This document shows, one piece after another, positions 62,701-64,000 of a stretch of DNA of 64,000 bases; the first letter of the stretch is position 1; every line of letters begins with the position of its first letter. Source of the DNA: Amphiscolops sp. MND2022 (lineage: Eukaryota); the NCBI GenBank assembly GCA_964187785.1, contig OZ076414.1:68138001-68202000 (forward strand). Reading direction: 5' to 3'. The position numbers and the translations under genes are program-made. The notes under the pieces are model-generated. The model saw nothing but the letters and a program-made list of their open reading frames with translations, ran no database searches and had not been told where the DNA came from.

Positions 62701-63899
62701 CCAGATGCAACCGTTTGTGGCGCCCTCTGACCAGACTCTGTTCTTCACCCGATTCTACCAAGGGATCCAGGTTCACATGGTAAATCAGGGATGCCCTTCG
62801 GAGACTTCAGAGATTGTTAAAGCCCAAGGTGAAAAAAGTGACATCCAACGTATGATACGAAGTCTTACTGTGCAAGAAACCTTCCCCCCAAACCAAGTTA
62901 ACTTTACGGGTATCGTTTTTCAAAAACTTTACAAAAACCGTAAAAGTCTAGAAGTTGTGAACAACGTGTTGTATAGGCAGTTTTTGACAAGTACGTAACT
63001 TAGCCTTTCGCCAAATTGTAGTCCCTCCAGAAACTACAGAAGCCATTATCAGGACGATGCATGACGACCCCATGCAGGGACACCCTGGCGCTTTAAAAAT
63101 GCTAGCCGAACTTAGGAAAAGGTTTAACTATGTCCCGGGTTTAACGGAAAAGGTGCAAGAATTTGTGACTAACTGTCAAACTTGTATCAAATCGAAACCT
63201 TTAAAAAATAACTCTATAACACCGCCACTCGAACCGATTTATGACCCCTGCAAAGGGCATGAAGACATTCTGGAGATCAATCTGGTTGGAGAGTTACCAC
63301 GGTCTAAGGGTATACGCACATCCTGACAGCGTGCGACTACTTCTCGAGATATCTGTTTGCCATACCACTCAAAAACCCTGATACCAAATCGGTAGTTAAC
63401 GCTCTGATAGACATTTTCACGAAACACGCCTACATCCCGAAACACATCATCACTGAAAAAGGCTCTGCCTTTACATCACAGGTGATTGAGGATTTCATAT
63501 GAAAACAATTGGCATCAAAATGCCCTATGGTACAGTAGAAGATGCCCAAACAATTGGGATGATCGAGAAATCACATCAAAAGCTGAAACAAATTCTCAAA
63601 ATTAACGTTTCAGCAGACAGACCTCAGTGGGACAGGTACGTTAATATCGCCGTAATGGCACACAACACAGCTTACCACCAAACTTTGAAATGTACTCCAA
63701 CTGAAATTTGTCATGGACGCGTACCGTACAACGCACTGGACCTCACTCAAATTTAGCAATCCTTTGAGTTTACCACGGAACGCCATTGACACCCAGTCCT
63801 TCGTCGACAATTTGAATTCCAAGTTCAAAGAAACGCACGCGAATGTTATCAAAGCCTTTCACAAATACAAAGCACACTATGACAGGAAGGCACAAGCAT
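59710..63899 (+). mobile_element. Internally deleted Ty3/Gypsy element C (related to family B); LTRs not identified
   Basis: gag from ATG 59710 with two CCHC knuckles (CRYCGINGHKWAEC, CQICGKVGHSARDC); FFDTGA protease; RT start ending at NHPV (~62583); integrase H..GHPG...CQTC, DYFSRY, ITEKGSAF, EKSH; breaks off near 63899. Confidence 0.9.
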
Positions 63900-64000
63900 C
63901 GGTTACAGCAGTGGTTACATGTGGTGATGTAGATGAAGGTGCAGGTGAAATTTGGAAATTTTTATCAAATGTTTGCGGATTTTCGTTGCATGAATTTTAC

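Overview
Eukaryotic, probably invertebrate, repeat-dense DNA with two assembly gaps (22968-23167, 54756-55354); no intact host gene is evident. Main contents: (A) A decayed ~19.1-kb Ty3/Gypsy element on the minus strand (3546-22664; ~720-bp LTRs; tRNA-Arg-like PBS). Its pol continues past integrase into an AT-hook and two tandem TARG1/OARD1-like macrodomains, followed by a ~4.6-kb non-env ORF containing a degenerate SGNH/GDSL fold. (B) A second Gypsy family on the minus strand (34631-52567) carrying a spliced antisense zinc-finger gene where env normally sits. It is interrupted by a CR1/L2-group LINE (44211-48307, 5-bp TSD) whose endonuclease contains an in-frame 207-bp piece resembling cytosolic leucyl-tRNA synthetase. 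(C) An internally deleted plus-strand Gypsy (59710-63899). Also present: a deleted Bel/Pao element with a tRNA-Trp PBS, a tRNA-derived SINE-like head, older Gypsy remnants, a CACTA/EnSpm-like MITE, and a ~6-kb composite satellite in which that MITE was co-amplified with a 10-bp repeat. All domain calls are by eye and from recalled family motifs; no searches were run.
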